DNA of 63,109 nt from Octopus bimaculoides (lineage: Eukaryota). The stretch covers positions 33,201,630 to 33,264,738 of the forward strand of contig NC_068997.1 of the NCBI RefSeq assembly GCF_001194135.2. Direction: 5' to 3'. The notes under the pieces are model-generated. The model was not told where the DNA came from. It saw only the letters and a list, made by a program, of their open reading frames with translations, and did no database searches. Shown here piece by piece: positions 1 through 11,610 of this stretch (the first letter of the stretch is position 1; each line of letters begins with the position of its first letter). The translations under genes and the position numbers were made by a program.

Positions 1-66
<66 letters not shown>
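1..66. repeat. (TA)n/(TG)n microsatellite, representative of dozens of (TA)n, (TG)n, (CATA)n, (AGAT)n and (CT)n tracts across the window
   Basis: Seen directly. Similar tracts at e.g. 1420-1575, 7683-7780, 12320-12450, 33540-33700, 38270-38430, 43930-44030, 48665-48765 and 48995-49086. Most N-gaps are flanked by such tracts. Confidence 0.98.
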
Positions 67-70
<4 letters not shown>

Positions 71-149
71 ATGTATAAGAAAGAAAGAAAGAAAGAAAGA
101 AAAGGAGATATGAGTTAGAAACAATGTATCTAGAGGAGCTAGGGAGCTA

Positions 150-400
150 GAGATAGACAAACTGCTTGGTAAATAGTTCCCTTTCGGAAACTACCACTAT
201 TGTTTAATTTCCAACCATTCATCGTGGTTATATCATCAACTAAATTAGTAGTAGTAGAATAATAAAATTTAACTGTGTACCTGCGGTATTTACTAGAACA
301 GCGTGTTTTACAAATGCTCGAAAAAAGATTATGCGCATGTCGGTAGACACCTGTATTCCGAAGAGGGGTTAAACCACAAAATATTTTGCTACGAAATAAC
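150..400 (-). mobile_element. Penelope-like element remnant (RT-endonuclease linker region), frameshifted
   Basis: The minus strand reads NILWFNP in an alternative frame (PLE motif RxxxWFNPP), then YTVKFYYSTTTNL (cf. NTVKVSYSCxPN) and GTIYQAV (start of GIY-YIG). Motif recognition only. Confidence 0.5.
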
Positions 401-977
401 TCTTTCTCATTTTCATTGTGGTGAGTCATTCTTACCCGATTTAGAATTCGGGTTTTTGTTACTATTGAGTGAGGTATAGCGATTCCAATTGTTACTAAAC
501 GTAGCATTGCACTGTTTAACCATATTCATCTTATTAGTTACACATTGTTCGTTTGAACCACAGCAGTTCGGGTATTAAACACGGAGAAAGGTCCTAAGAC
601 TCTGAGCATTAGTATCGTTAACCTGTGAGATACTTTTATAAGTATTATTAGATCGTATAGTTTCTACAATGTGTTTGCTACAGTTCTTATTCAATTTAGC
701 TATGTTTGACTTTGTCATCTATATTATTATTATTATTACTACCTTGATTTACTCTATTATCATAATCCTGATCTACAATATTAACACATCTACACGCTGT
801 GGGATGTAGTCGCCCACACTTAGGTAGAGTAATGACTACGCCAATTGGGAATATACTCGATTTTATCTGCATACCAGTTTTCGCAAGAGCAGTGAGAGAG
901 AAAATATTATCTAAAATGTAATCATACACTACTCTAATGAATTAGCGCAAACATGCCTTAAAGGAATATACGCATTT

Positions 978-1020
<43 letters not shown>

Positions 1021-1424
1021 GAGAGAGAGAGACAGAGAGACAGAGACAGACAGACAGACAGACAGAGAAACAACCTGAATTAATTTCAAAACAGCAGCTA
1101 ATGCTCAAATTCGTTCCCCTGAACTTTAAACGAGATCTTCATGGTGTATGCCAGGTGTCGAGTGGCTCTTGACTTCATGGACTAGACAGCTAGATGAGGC
1201 TAGCTGCATAAAGTAGATACGGTTTTATAATCCACGATATCATAGACACACATATATAGATAGGTATATGTAATATATACATTGCATGTGGGTATGTGTG
1301 TGTATATACGTATGTATATATATATACGAGTACGTATATATATATCATATATACATATATGTACATACATATATGCAAATATATATACGTATAACACATA
1401 TACACATATATACACACATACACC

Positions 1425-1465
<41 letters not shown>

Positions 1466-1482
1466 CATATATCTATCTATAC

Positions 1483-1580
<98 letters not shown>

Positions 1581-2512
1581 GTATGTGTTGTATCCTTCGT
1601 CTCCAAATGTCGTGGTACTGCCACGATATTGTGACGGATGGTTTAGATACACTGTACCAGTGTAGTAACAGTAGACAAGATAACGATGCAGTCGTAATAA
1701 CAACGTGACGATCCAACCATCTCTTCACGAACCAACAATCAATATTCCAAACGAACTAACCAACCGACACCTTCCGACTTCACCGCGAATTCAACTCGAA
1801 CTAACACACAAACTTCACTCCGACCACTACTGTCTATAATCTCTCGGTCCAGTCTATTTCTTGCAAGGGGGCGTCTTGACTTTCATCACAACAGTATGTA
1901 GGTAGGCAGGTTGGTAGGTAGGTTGGTAGGTAGGTAGGTAGGTAATTGTAGTGGAGGATTACAACTTGACATAAAAGCAAACCATTACTCTTTCTTTCAT
2001 TTTGTCCAATAAGTATTTCGTGGCTATCTTCTTATCTTCTGCTCTTGAATTCTAAAAATCATAACAGTTCGAAATATAACTTGATGTAACGGTCACGAAT
2101 TCAAGAGAGGCTATACTTCCTGCTAATGCTTGTATCATCGTTCAGTTTACAGGTAAACTCATGGATAACTTGTTTTATGAGACAGAGTTTCTGTTCTTTA
2201 TCGTCAATTCCAAGTTATTTAAGGAGAGTGCCAGATATTTATGGAAAGTTACAGTTCTTTGTTGAAATATGCTAGTCCAGCCATAATAGGATCAGATGAA
2301 AGTAAGTAGTCGTTATGGAGTTAACTAGAAATCTGTAGGACGTCCTCCTCTTTACTTTTCAGTGATTGTATATTTTTTTGGTGCTGTTCTTTGGCAATGG
2401 TTGAATGCAACCATACGATACTCGGAGGTTGTCTGTACTAATCTTAATTTTCTTTCCCACCTCTTTTCTTTTGAGATAAGCCCTGTCAATATCACTATTT
2501 CTATGTCAGGTT

Positions 2513-2733
2513 CATGAAGATTGCTGAAAAGTTTCTGGATTTAAGGGTATTACGAAAGGCTTGGTTGGAGGCCCAACTTTCCGAGTTCTTTTACAGGGTT
2601 TAGAAAAACTGAAGGATCGTTGCAACAAGTATGTGAATCTAAGAGGGGAATATGTTGAATAAAATCGTATTTAACTGATCCTCCTGTATTTTCTTTTGCC
2701 CAAAGCCAGGAACCTTTTAGCACCCACTTCATA
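2513..2733 (+). mobile_element. Mariner-derived MITE (~220 bp) retaining the transposase C-terminus
   Basis: Imperfect TIRs: catgaagattgctgaaaagtttctggatttaaggg (2513) versus cccaaagccaggaaccttttagcacccacttcata (ends 2733). The interior encodes FLQGLEKLKDRCNKYVNLRGEYVE*, a typical mariner C-terminus. Confidence 0.75.
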
Positions 2734-3182
2734 TACGTATCGGATTTCCTATACAACCAATAAAATATTTCAAATGTTTGTACTGGTAATGGTACTGCAA
2801 CTGGATTTTGGAATGCTGCCTTGGTGTAAGATAAAACATTCTAGCGGTCATGCTCATAAAGCCTCGTAAAATATCCTTTAATAACACTGTCTTTGTTAAC
2901 AATAGCTTTGTAAGATATACTTTCGTCAATACATCAGTTTTTGTAGCAATCATTTCATGGAATAGTGGTGATATGGAAATGAATGATGTCAAGATTCTGG
3001 GTCTAAGAAACTTTCCTTTTGATAAAATTCCACCTCCACATCAACTAGAAATGTTATTACTGAATCTAACAATTTCTCAGCAGTCCTCCAAATAATAATG
3101 GTGCTGTTGCTGTTGTAAAACCGCGCCAATAGAGACAATTGATTTTTCTAAAGGAAATTACACTATACTGACACTTTGGGAT

Positions 3183-3234
<52 letters not shown>

Positions 3235-3685
3235 TTAATTTTTATCTAAATTTACATGTCTATATACCTATTTACATAGTTATGCATCTGTCCACTTCAA
3301 TAATGTTTGAATTCATCTTTCAGTTATAAATACACCTTATAGAAATAGGTGTTATATATAGGTCAACGGAAATACAGACATTCTATTGACTAATAGATAG
3401 AAATATAAATAAAATGTTAACCATATAAGCAGATAAATGCATATATATATAGGTTAAGTTTAAGATTAAAGTATAGATAGGAGACTTTAAAATGTACCCA
3501 ACCCTTGTTTTGGGCATTTCCTCGTAGTGTGTCTTGAGAGCACGTTTACCACATACGGTTCCCAGGCGTCATCCACGGTACAGTACTTTAGTCGCTAAAT
3601 CTACGTAAGAAATTCCTCGGTGCACATTTAGTATATTTTGAATAATTGATAGGAAAGACAGTGTACTGCAATATATATATATATA

Positions 3686-3737
<52 letters not shown>

Positions 3738-4298
3738 CATATATATATATATATTTANNNNNNNNNNNNNNNNNNNNNNNNNNNNNNNNNNNNNNNNNNN
3801 NNNNNNNNNNNNNNNNNNNNNNNNNNNNNNNNNNNNNNNNNNNNNNNNNNNNNNNNNNNNNNNNNNNNNNNNNNNNNNNNNNNNNNNNNNNNNNNNNNNN
3901 NNNNNNNNNNNNNNNNNNNNNNNNNNNNNNNNNNNNNNNNNNNNNNNNNNNNNNNNNNNNNNNNNNNNNNNNNNNNNNNNNNNNNNNNNNNNNNNNNNNN
4001 NNNNNNNNNNNNNNNNNNNNNNNNNNNNNNNNNNNNNNNNNNNNNNNNNNNNNNNNNNNNNNNNNNNNNNNNNNNNNNNNNNNNNNNNNNNNNNNNNNNN
4101 NNNNNNNNNNNNNNNNNNNNNNNNNNNNNNNNNNNNNNNNNNNNNNNNNNNNNNNNNNNNNNNNNNNNNNNNNNNNNNNNNATATATATATATATATATA
4201 TATATAAGTGTGAAGATTTGTATATGCGCTTGTGGATACATTATATTCGTATGGGTATGTATAAATGTTTATAATTAGGTACTTTGAGTTGTACAATT

Positions 4299-4343
4299 CT
4301 GAAGACGGTAAAGGGAGTTACATCCCTAAACTAGAAATCGATC
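4299..4343 (+). ncRNA. Degenerate minimal hammerhead ribozyme motif
   Basis: CTGAAGA (4299) - cggt aa aggga/gttaca/tccct aa acta - GAAA (4334) - palindromic ATCGAT + C. The stem II closing pair and stem I are imperfect. Confidence 0.35.
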
Positions 4344-4797
4344 TATGGTTAAACCGTTTAAAAAAAATATTCTTTGTTCATTTCTCTCGCTTTCAGCCCG
4401 TGCCAATGTGGTAGACAATGTAGTTCTTAGAGCCATTTGACGTCTATTTCTAGCCCTTACCATAATTATATTCATATAATTATATATTTTGTATTAATTG
4501 TTACCCATATAGTTTATTACATGCTGGCTACTTGATAACAGATATTATCCTTTATTATAAATATATATATATATATATATTTGAGTGATCTTTATGGAAT
4601 AGGAGTAGATGGTTTCAAGAAACAAATTGATTTCCTGCTAGTTGTGTCGAACTCTCTCCTTCACCAAAAGCTTATCGCATAAGAACGGTCACTGAATAGG
4701 TGATTATACTGGCGATGCTCCAGCATGGACACAGCCTTGGGACTGAAACATGTAAAAGGTAAAAGAAGTATATATGTATATATATAGATATATACAT

Positions 4798-4958
4798 AGG
4801 CGCAGACTTGGCTGTGTGGTAAGAAGGTTGCTTCCCAACCAAATGGCTCCGGTTTCAGTCCCACTTCGTGGCACCTTAGCCAGGTCTCTCGTACTCTAGA
4901 CTCGGACCGACCAAAGCCTTGTCAGGGGATTTGGAAGACGGAAGGTGAAAGAAGCCCA
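4798..4958 (+). mobile_element. SINE family A, 5' half (tRNA-like head)
   Basis: Matches the 5' part of the full copy at 11044 (gctgtgtggtaag...ggtttcagtcccact...ccaaagccttg...gaaagaagccc). A family-A-like 3' tail lies just upstream at ~4705-4768. Confidence 0.85.
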
Positions 4959-4967
4959 TATATATAT

Positions 4968-5256
4968 AATAAATGGAGTAATACGCATATGTTAAATGAA
5001 TTCTTTTATTTCCGACATATGTCTCGAATATTACAAATGGTTCCTTCCAAAGGACTGAGTGATGTTGATAAAGACTTTCCTAAGACATTCGGTTAAAATG
5101 TCTTACGGTTAAGTTGGATCCTATGTATTTCCCTGAAGAGAAGATTACATCTTTATCAACATCATTCATTCCTTTGCAAGGAACCATTTGTAATCTTCGA
5201 AACATATGTCGGAAATAAAAGAATTCATTTAACATATGCGTATTACTCCATTTATT
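4968..5256. repeat. Fold-back element: ~107-bp inverted arms (4968-5074 / 5150-5256), probably an inverted PLE pseudo-LTR pair
   Basis: The arms are reverse complements (aataaatggagtaatacgcatatgttaaatgaattc... / ...gaattcatttaacatatgcgtattactccatttatt). It starts at a (TA)n tract, has a small inner hairpin taagacatt/aatgtctta, and contains an HHR. Confidence 0.85.
5126..5217 (+). ncRNA. Type I hammerhead ribozyme (PLE-type, palindromic stem III)
   Basis: Stem I tatttcc (5126-32)/ggaaata (5211-17); core CTGAAGA 5133-39; 10-bp stem II gaagattaca/tgtaatcttc with a 39-nt loop; GAAA 5199-5202; stem III acatatgt; GUC cleavage site, predicted cut 3' of C5210. Confidence 0.8.
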
Positions 5257-6817
5257 AAATTTTTATATTTACTCAAATACCCAAAATAACAGGGAGTTTC
5301 TACCTCATAAACAGGAGTTACACCACAGTCATTTTGTGATCTTTGCAACCCTGGTATCTATTAACCAATTTATTTTGCCGGAGTTAATTATTAACTANNN
5401 NNNNNNNNNNNNNNNNNNNNNNNNNNNNNNNNNNNNNNNNNNNNNNNNNNNNNNNNNNNNNNNNNNNNNNNNNNNNNNNNNNNNNNNNNNNNNNNNNNNN
5501 NNNNNNNNNNNNNNNNNNNNNNNNNNNNNNNNNNNNNNNNNNNNNNNNNNNNNNNNNNNNNNNNNNNNNNNNNNNNNNNNNNNNNNNNNNNNNNNNNNNN
5601 NNNNNNNNNNNNNNNNNNNNNNNNNNNNNNNNNNNNNNNNNNNNNNNNNNNNNNNNNNNNNNNNNNNNNNNNNNNNNNNNNNNNNNTATATATATATATA
5701 TATGAAAGTATATCAATATGATTACTTATATGTATGTTATATGAATGTATGTGTATATATACATTGATTTTTTTGCTTCTATGTTTGACATTTTATCTAC
5801 ATCTCTATTAGTCTATATGTCTATATGTCTGTATGTCTGTAATTCCGTCGAGTTATATATAACACCTATTCCTGTAAAATGTATTTGAGAACTGAAAGAT
5901 GAATTTAAACTTTTGGCGAGAAATCTTACACATCAATTAACATTGAAAAATATGAAGTAATCATTAAGAATTTAAGAAATTAAAAATTAGAAGATAAAAT
6001 AATTATTATTACAACAATTAAGAAATGGGTTGGGAATAATAATTTTAATATTGGATATTAGAGGATTGTGGGGTGGAGGTGACTGGAGGTACAATGAATG
6101 CAATTATTGTAATAATATATATGGAAATGAACATAAAACTAAAAATGAAAATAGTACTAAATACATAAAAGCAATATAATAAAAATTTTAAATAATAATG
6201 AAAAATAATAAAATATTGATTAAAACTAAAGAAAAATAGTAAAAAATGATTTTAAAATGTAATGAAAAATATAACGGAAAGTAAAAATTAAAATATACGG
6301 AAAGATACATAATAAAAGAAATAGACGAAATAGAATAAAGATATACAGAGATATAATAACAAAAAGGCAAACGACTGATAAATATATGGGTATATATGAT
6401 GTATACGTTATATGGCTGAATGTATGAATGTGTATGTGTGTGTGTGTGTTTTAAACAATTGATAGGGAAGACAGAGTGTACTGTAAGCTTTATTTAACAC
6501 GAAGATAATGGAATCGAATGCACCCCATATTGCAGAAGAAGCCTCATCAGGTTACATAATACGTTATAATATATACATTTCCTACTGTGTGTGGCAGGAT
6601 TTTTTTGGTATGATGCTGTGTGTGTGTGTTTGTGCATGTGTGTGTGTGTGTGTGGAGTGTAATCATTGTATATTTTTAAGCTTTTTTTTACATTTATATT
6701 CTATATTCCTTTTTTATATTCTCTTTTATATTTTCATACTCTATTACATTCCTTGTATTTATATTTACATACATATATATATATATATCATATATATAAT
6801 ATTTACATACATATAAC

Positions 6818-6867
<50 letters not shown>

Positions 6868-6872
6868 TATAT

Positions 6873-7398
6873 ATATAAGAGTGTATAAAACTTTATGCAC
6901 AGAGAGAAGATCCTTGACAGAACTTCTTTCATGATAAAAAGGTAGTTAAACCCGAACCACGAAAACAATAATTCTAAAGGCACACCGATAATGGCACTAG
7001 AATGAATAGAAGCAAAAGATTATTAGTTAACCTCATACTCGATTTTCCCAATTAATGAGCAAATATTTTATTTTGTCATCTGTAGTTCATCAGGGGGATC
7101 GCTAGAAGAATGCATAATTATGTAGCTTTAATACGTACCGAAAAACACGGGCGTGCTGCATCTTTATACATTATGGATTTTAATTAAGCGCGCAGGCGCA
7201 GTCACATATCTCAGCAGCGAATGATGAATTTAAACTGTGCACTATATGGCGTCAGAATTAGAAATTTATTATTTGCTACTGTGTTACGTGACTTAGAATT
7301 ATTCTTTCCGAGGTTTGGGTTTAACTGCTCTTTTTAACATGTAAGAAGTCCTGTCAAGAGTCTTTTCTCTGTGTATAAATCTTTATACACTCTTATAT
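6873..7398. repeat. Fold-back/MITE-like element with ~110-bp imperfect inverted arms (6873-6983 / 7288-7398)
   Basis: The left arm atataagagtgtataaaactttatgcacagagagaagatcc... matches the reverse complement of ...gagtcttttctctgtgtataaatctttatacactcttatat. It abuts a (TA)n tract and has a ~300-bp unique spacer. Confidence 0.75.
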
Positions 7399-7485
7399 GT
7401 AAAAATATGTTGTCTTAGGACTTTTATTACGCATGCGAACCACTGGTAATAAATTATTCTAATTTTTTACCCCCTTAATTTGCAG

Positions 7486-7530
7486 ACGAGAAGGTAACTC
7501 GGAATTCAAATCATTCACTGCTGTCTTGCG
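7486..7530 (+). CDS. Candidate 45-nt internal exon of an unidentified host gene
   Basis: Pyrimidine-rich acceptor ttttttacccccttaatttgcag and donor cg|gtaagc; two open frames. No recognisable homology. Confidence 0.2.
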
Positions 7531-7677
7531 GTAAGCTTTTGATTGGGCAAAGACTGGGAGAAAGATACTGATATAAAACCTGCGACTGAAAATACACCCA
7601 ATGATGTCGTCTTGCTCTTCTTTTTGGATCATGCCTTGTAGTTTAATGAGTGGGAATGGATTCTGTGCAAAACATTC

Positions 7678-7784
<107 letters not shown>

Positions 7785-9219
7785 AAATACACAAATGGGA
7801 CAAGTGAAGGAAAAACTTGAAATACAAATGATTTTAAAAAGACAAAATACACAAATGAACGCAAGCACGTTCTATCGTCCAGCATTTTGGCAACCAGGTA
7901 TCATGATAATTTCGTCACCTCCCGACGATATTGTTTGGTTTGGTTATCTCAGCAGCATACGCTGCTGGACTATAGACAAGTGGACATTAAAGACAAACAA
8001 TGAAAGAAATAGACTGAGACTAAACATTAATTGAAAAATTAGGTGTGTGGACCGAACGGCAAATAAAAACGAGCTGAGAAGGGAAAACAATACAAAGCAA
8101 AGCAAACGCCTTTCGACCTGGCGACAAAATTAAGATAAGGTCTACGAAGTAACGCAAATAAGAATAATTGTGTGCGATTCGGTCTTGAGAAATAAGTAAA
8201 AGAATAAAAGAAGCCTGTGGGGAAAATATCACCTAACAAATCAGAAACAGGAAGAGCGGAACTTGTAATGTCTTATAGGATGGGAAAGAAACAAAGATAA
8301 ACACGCAAGTCGAAGGAGAGAGAGATAGGGGGGGGGAGAAGGAGAAGGAAAGTGAGAAAAGACTATCGAAGAGGATCAAAACAGGTAAGGAAACAGAGGA
8401 ATGAAAAGAAACTTGAAAAATGAGTAGGTAGATGGTAACGAAGATCAAAAGAAGGATAGAAGGATACAACCAGCATTTGTTTACGTTCTTGTAACTTAAC
8501 GGTTCAGCAAAATGTACCGACAGAGTAAATACCAGACTTTAGAAATAAGTCCTGGGGTCGATTGGATCAACTTAGNNNNNNNNNNNNNNNNNNNNNNNNN
8601 NNNNNNNNNNNNNNNNNNNNNNNNNNNNNNNNNNNNNNNNNNNNNNNNNNNNNNNNNNNNNNNNNNNNNNNNNNNNNNNNNNNNNNNNNNNNNNNNNNNN
8701 NNNNNNNNNNNNNNNNNNNNNNNNNNNNNNNNNNNNNNNNNNNNNNNNNNNNNNNNNNNNNNNNNNNNNNNNNNNNNNNNNNNNNNNNNNNNNNNNNNNN
8801 NNNNNNNNNNNNNNNNNNNNNNNNNNNNNNNNNNNNNNNNNNNNNNNNNNNNNNNNNNNNNNNNNNNNNNNNNNNNNNNNNNNNNNNNNNNNNNNNNNNN
8901 NNNNNNNNNNNNNNNNNNNNNNNNNNNNNNNNNNNNNNNNNNNNNNNNNNNNNNNNNNNNNNNNNNNNNNNNNNNNNNNNNNNNNNNNNNNNNNNNNNNN
9001 NNNNNNNNNNNNNNNNNNNNNNNNNNNNNNNNNNNNNNNNNNNNNNNNNNNNNNNNNNNNNNNNNNNNNNNNNNNNNNNNNNNTATACGACAGTATTGTA
9101 GTTCGCTTGAAGCATTGTGTATTGTTTGTAAAGAATAAAAAGTTTTGAGTGGTACAACAATGTACTATAATACGAACAATGGGCTATATACCTGTTGTAA
9201 ATTAGTCATCCATAGTCTG

Positions 9220-9256
9220 ATATGATATTTCGGAATAAAATTCCTTCTTCAGATAT
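9220..9256 (-). ncRNA. Minimal hammerhead ribozyme motif in the PLE pseudo-LTR
   Basis: Minus strand: atat CTGAAGA A ggaat-ttt-attcc GAAA tatc atat; stem III palindrome ATAT, weak 4-bp stem I. The inverted copy at 10914-10950 (+) has a mutated core (CTCAAGA). Confidence 0.55.
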
Positions 9257-9555
9257 TCTTAGATGGAGTCGCTGCTATAATCGGTTTTCTAACGGCTTTT
9301 CTTTTTTATTTTTTTATTTTCTGGAAGCGTCTCAGCAGTGGTCCCACGAAGCTCCTTCCGGAATTCTTCATGAGAAGTACGTAAGGTCGGCCATATCTCA
9401 ATCTCGAGTATGCTGGTACATCTGTAGCGCAGCTTCTAAGTTATGTACTATACGTGCAGCTTCCTTTTTTCCCTTTTTTCTCTTCTCTTTTTTTTTTGTT
9501 ATAAACTACAGGCGAACATATTATCAAATGTAAACCTATACGCATCCAGATGTAG

Positions 9556-10838
9556 CTAAATAACATATTGATTACCAACCTCCAGCCTGTTGTTAATTTG
9601 GGGCCCTAGTCTGCGTATGAGTATAGCTTCCTTAATTCTTAAATTACCCAAATTTCTTTCATTGGCCTCAATTGTGACTGTTATGCTTTTGTCAGTGTTC
9701 CGACATGTCTAGATGTTTTCTTAAGGAGTAGGCTCTCATGTTCAGATGTTCTTTGATGCGGACGTGCAACGGTCTTGTTGTGCTACCCACATAGAACTTG
9801 TTGCATTTGTTACATTGTATTCTATATACAATATTTACATGTTGGCATAAATCTGTGTCACGGACGGGGCAGTTTGTTAGTGTACATTGATTGTTGTCCC
9901 TTGTTCATTTATTAGCGAGGTGTCCTTTCAGAGAGGGACCGGAATGGGCTAGTTGTATGTCTAGCCCTTCTCTTCTTATGGCTCTTCGGATGGATGTAGT
10001 TATCCTCTCGCTAAAATGGGGTATTTTAAGGTAGCCATGTGTTGCTAGGTTTTCTATGTGTTCGGCGTGTTGGTCGTCTCGGGTACTTAATCCAATTTAC
10101 AATGGATCTAGGGTACCCGTTGGTTTTCAATATATCTAGGAAGCGTGTAGTGTGGGTCACCTTGTCCTCCGTTCTGCTGCACTTACCCAGGATACGTGCA
10201 AGTTCATTTCTGGCATAACCTATTTTGGCACCGAGTGGAAGTTCTGAATTGTATTGCACAAACATATCTCTACTAGCTGCTTTCCTGTAGAACTCGGTGT
10301 GGATCTCCCCTTCTTCTGTTATATTCAGTTTGAAATCAAGTAATGATAGTGATCCAGTGATGTCGGGATGTTCTTTAGTGAACTTTATGTTCATGCCCAT
10401 GTTATTGAACGTCTCGAATATTCTGTCAGCCTCTTCACGGGAGGATGTGAGTATGAGGATGTCATCTACGTACCTGGTGAAGAAGGTGCATGAGCGGATA
10501 TGCTGAGTGCTCGACGTTCCAGATGGTTCATATAAGTGATGGCTCGAGAGACTAGACCCCATGGGGAGACCTGTTGTTTGTTTGTACATGCGGACCTGGA
10601 AAGAGAAGTAGGTGTTGTCCACGATGATGGACAAAAGTTGGTGGATATCTGCTGCGGTAAGTCCGAAGCATTGGATGTCGGACGCTACTATGCAGTCAGT
10701 CAATAGGTTGACCGCCGAGTGTGCTGGCACCTTTGTGTACATTGAGACAACGTCGAGACTAAAGGTATATCTGTTTTGTCTGAGTTGGTCTAGGGGCAAT
10801 TGGTGCAGTCTTTTGATGACTTCGTCGGAGTTCTTGAC
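9556..10838 (-). pseudogene. PLE reverse transcriptase + C-terminal GIY-YIG endonuclease, frameshifted
   Basis: RT motifs SLDVVSMYTKVP, GLPMGSSLS, RYVDD and LSLLDF. Endonuclease NIVYRIQCNKCNKFYVGSTTRPLHVRIKEH and LRIKEAILIRRLGPQINN, stop at 9556-58. Several frameshifts and an in-frame TGA. Confidence 0.92.
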
Positions 10839-11043
10839 GCTTCCAAAAAATAAAAATAAAATAAAAAAGAAAAGCTGCTAGAAAACCGATTATAGCAGCG
10901 ATTCCATCTAAGAATATCTCAAGAAAGAATTTTATTCCGAAATATCATATCAGACTATGGATGACTAAATTACAACAGGTATGTAGCCCATATAGTGCAT
11001 TGTTGTACCATTCCAAACTTTTTTATTCGTTATATATATATAA

Positions 11044-11449
11044 AGGAGTGGCTGTGTGGTAAGTAGCTTGCTTACCAACTACATGGTTCCGGGTTCAGTC
11101 CCACTGCGTGGCACCTTGGGCAAGTGTCTTCTACTATAGCCTCGGGCCGACCAAAGTCTTGTGAGTGGATTTGGTAGACGGAAACTGAAAGAAGCCCGTC
11201 GTATATATGTATATATATATATGTATGTGTGTGTGTTTGTGTGTCTGTGTTCGTCCCCCCTAGCATTGCTTGGCAACCGATGCTGGTGTGTTTATGTGCC
11301 CGTCACTTAGCGGTTCAGCAAAAGAGACCGATAGAATAAGTACTAGGCTTACAAAGAATAAGTCCCGGGGTCGATTTGTTCGACTAAAGGCGGTGCTCCA
11401 GCATGGCCGCAGTCAAAAAGACTGAAACAAGTAAAAGAGTAAAAGAGTA
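11044..11449 (+). mobile_element. SINE family A, full length (~405 bp)
   Basis: tRNA-like head (gctgtgtggtaag...gggttcagtccca), internal (TA)/(TG) tract, tail ggcggtgctccagcatggccgcagtc...gaaacaagtaaaagagtaaaagagta. Many dispersed copies in the window. Confidence 0.92.
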
Positions 11450-11454
11450 TATAT

Positions 11455-11514
<60 letters not shown>

Positions 11515-11610
11515 TTATATATAGCCACCTTAATTATTTTATAATTTTCACATTACCATTTTACTGGATCAGCCATTGATTCTTATACTGACAGGTAGGA
11601 CTTGGCTTAA

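Larger units (their letters stand above)
9133..11028 (-). mobile_element. 5'-truncated Penelope-like element flanked by ~200-bp inverted pseudo-LTRs (9133-9331 / 10836-11028)
   Basis: RT plus GIY-YIG coding remnant between two inverted copies of the 3' terminal segment. The RT is cut exactly at the right arm, the right arm abuts (TA)n, and the arms carry an HHR motif. Confidence 0.9.

Noticed and set aside
2760-2960. Possible GIY-YIG remnant on the minus strand (ESISYKAIV...TRLYEH)
   Set aside because: Similarity is too short and degenerate to call without a translated search.
7040-7100. Minus-strand CTGATGA in the core of the 6873-7398 fold-back
   Set aside because: No convincing stem II or stem I pairs with the downstream GAAA.
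9556-10838. In-frame TGA codons in the PLE as possible selenocysteine (Naiad-like)
   Set aside because: The domain order is the canonical RT then EN, not the permuted Naiad order. The TGAs are not at conserved Cys positions and co-occur with frameshifts.
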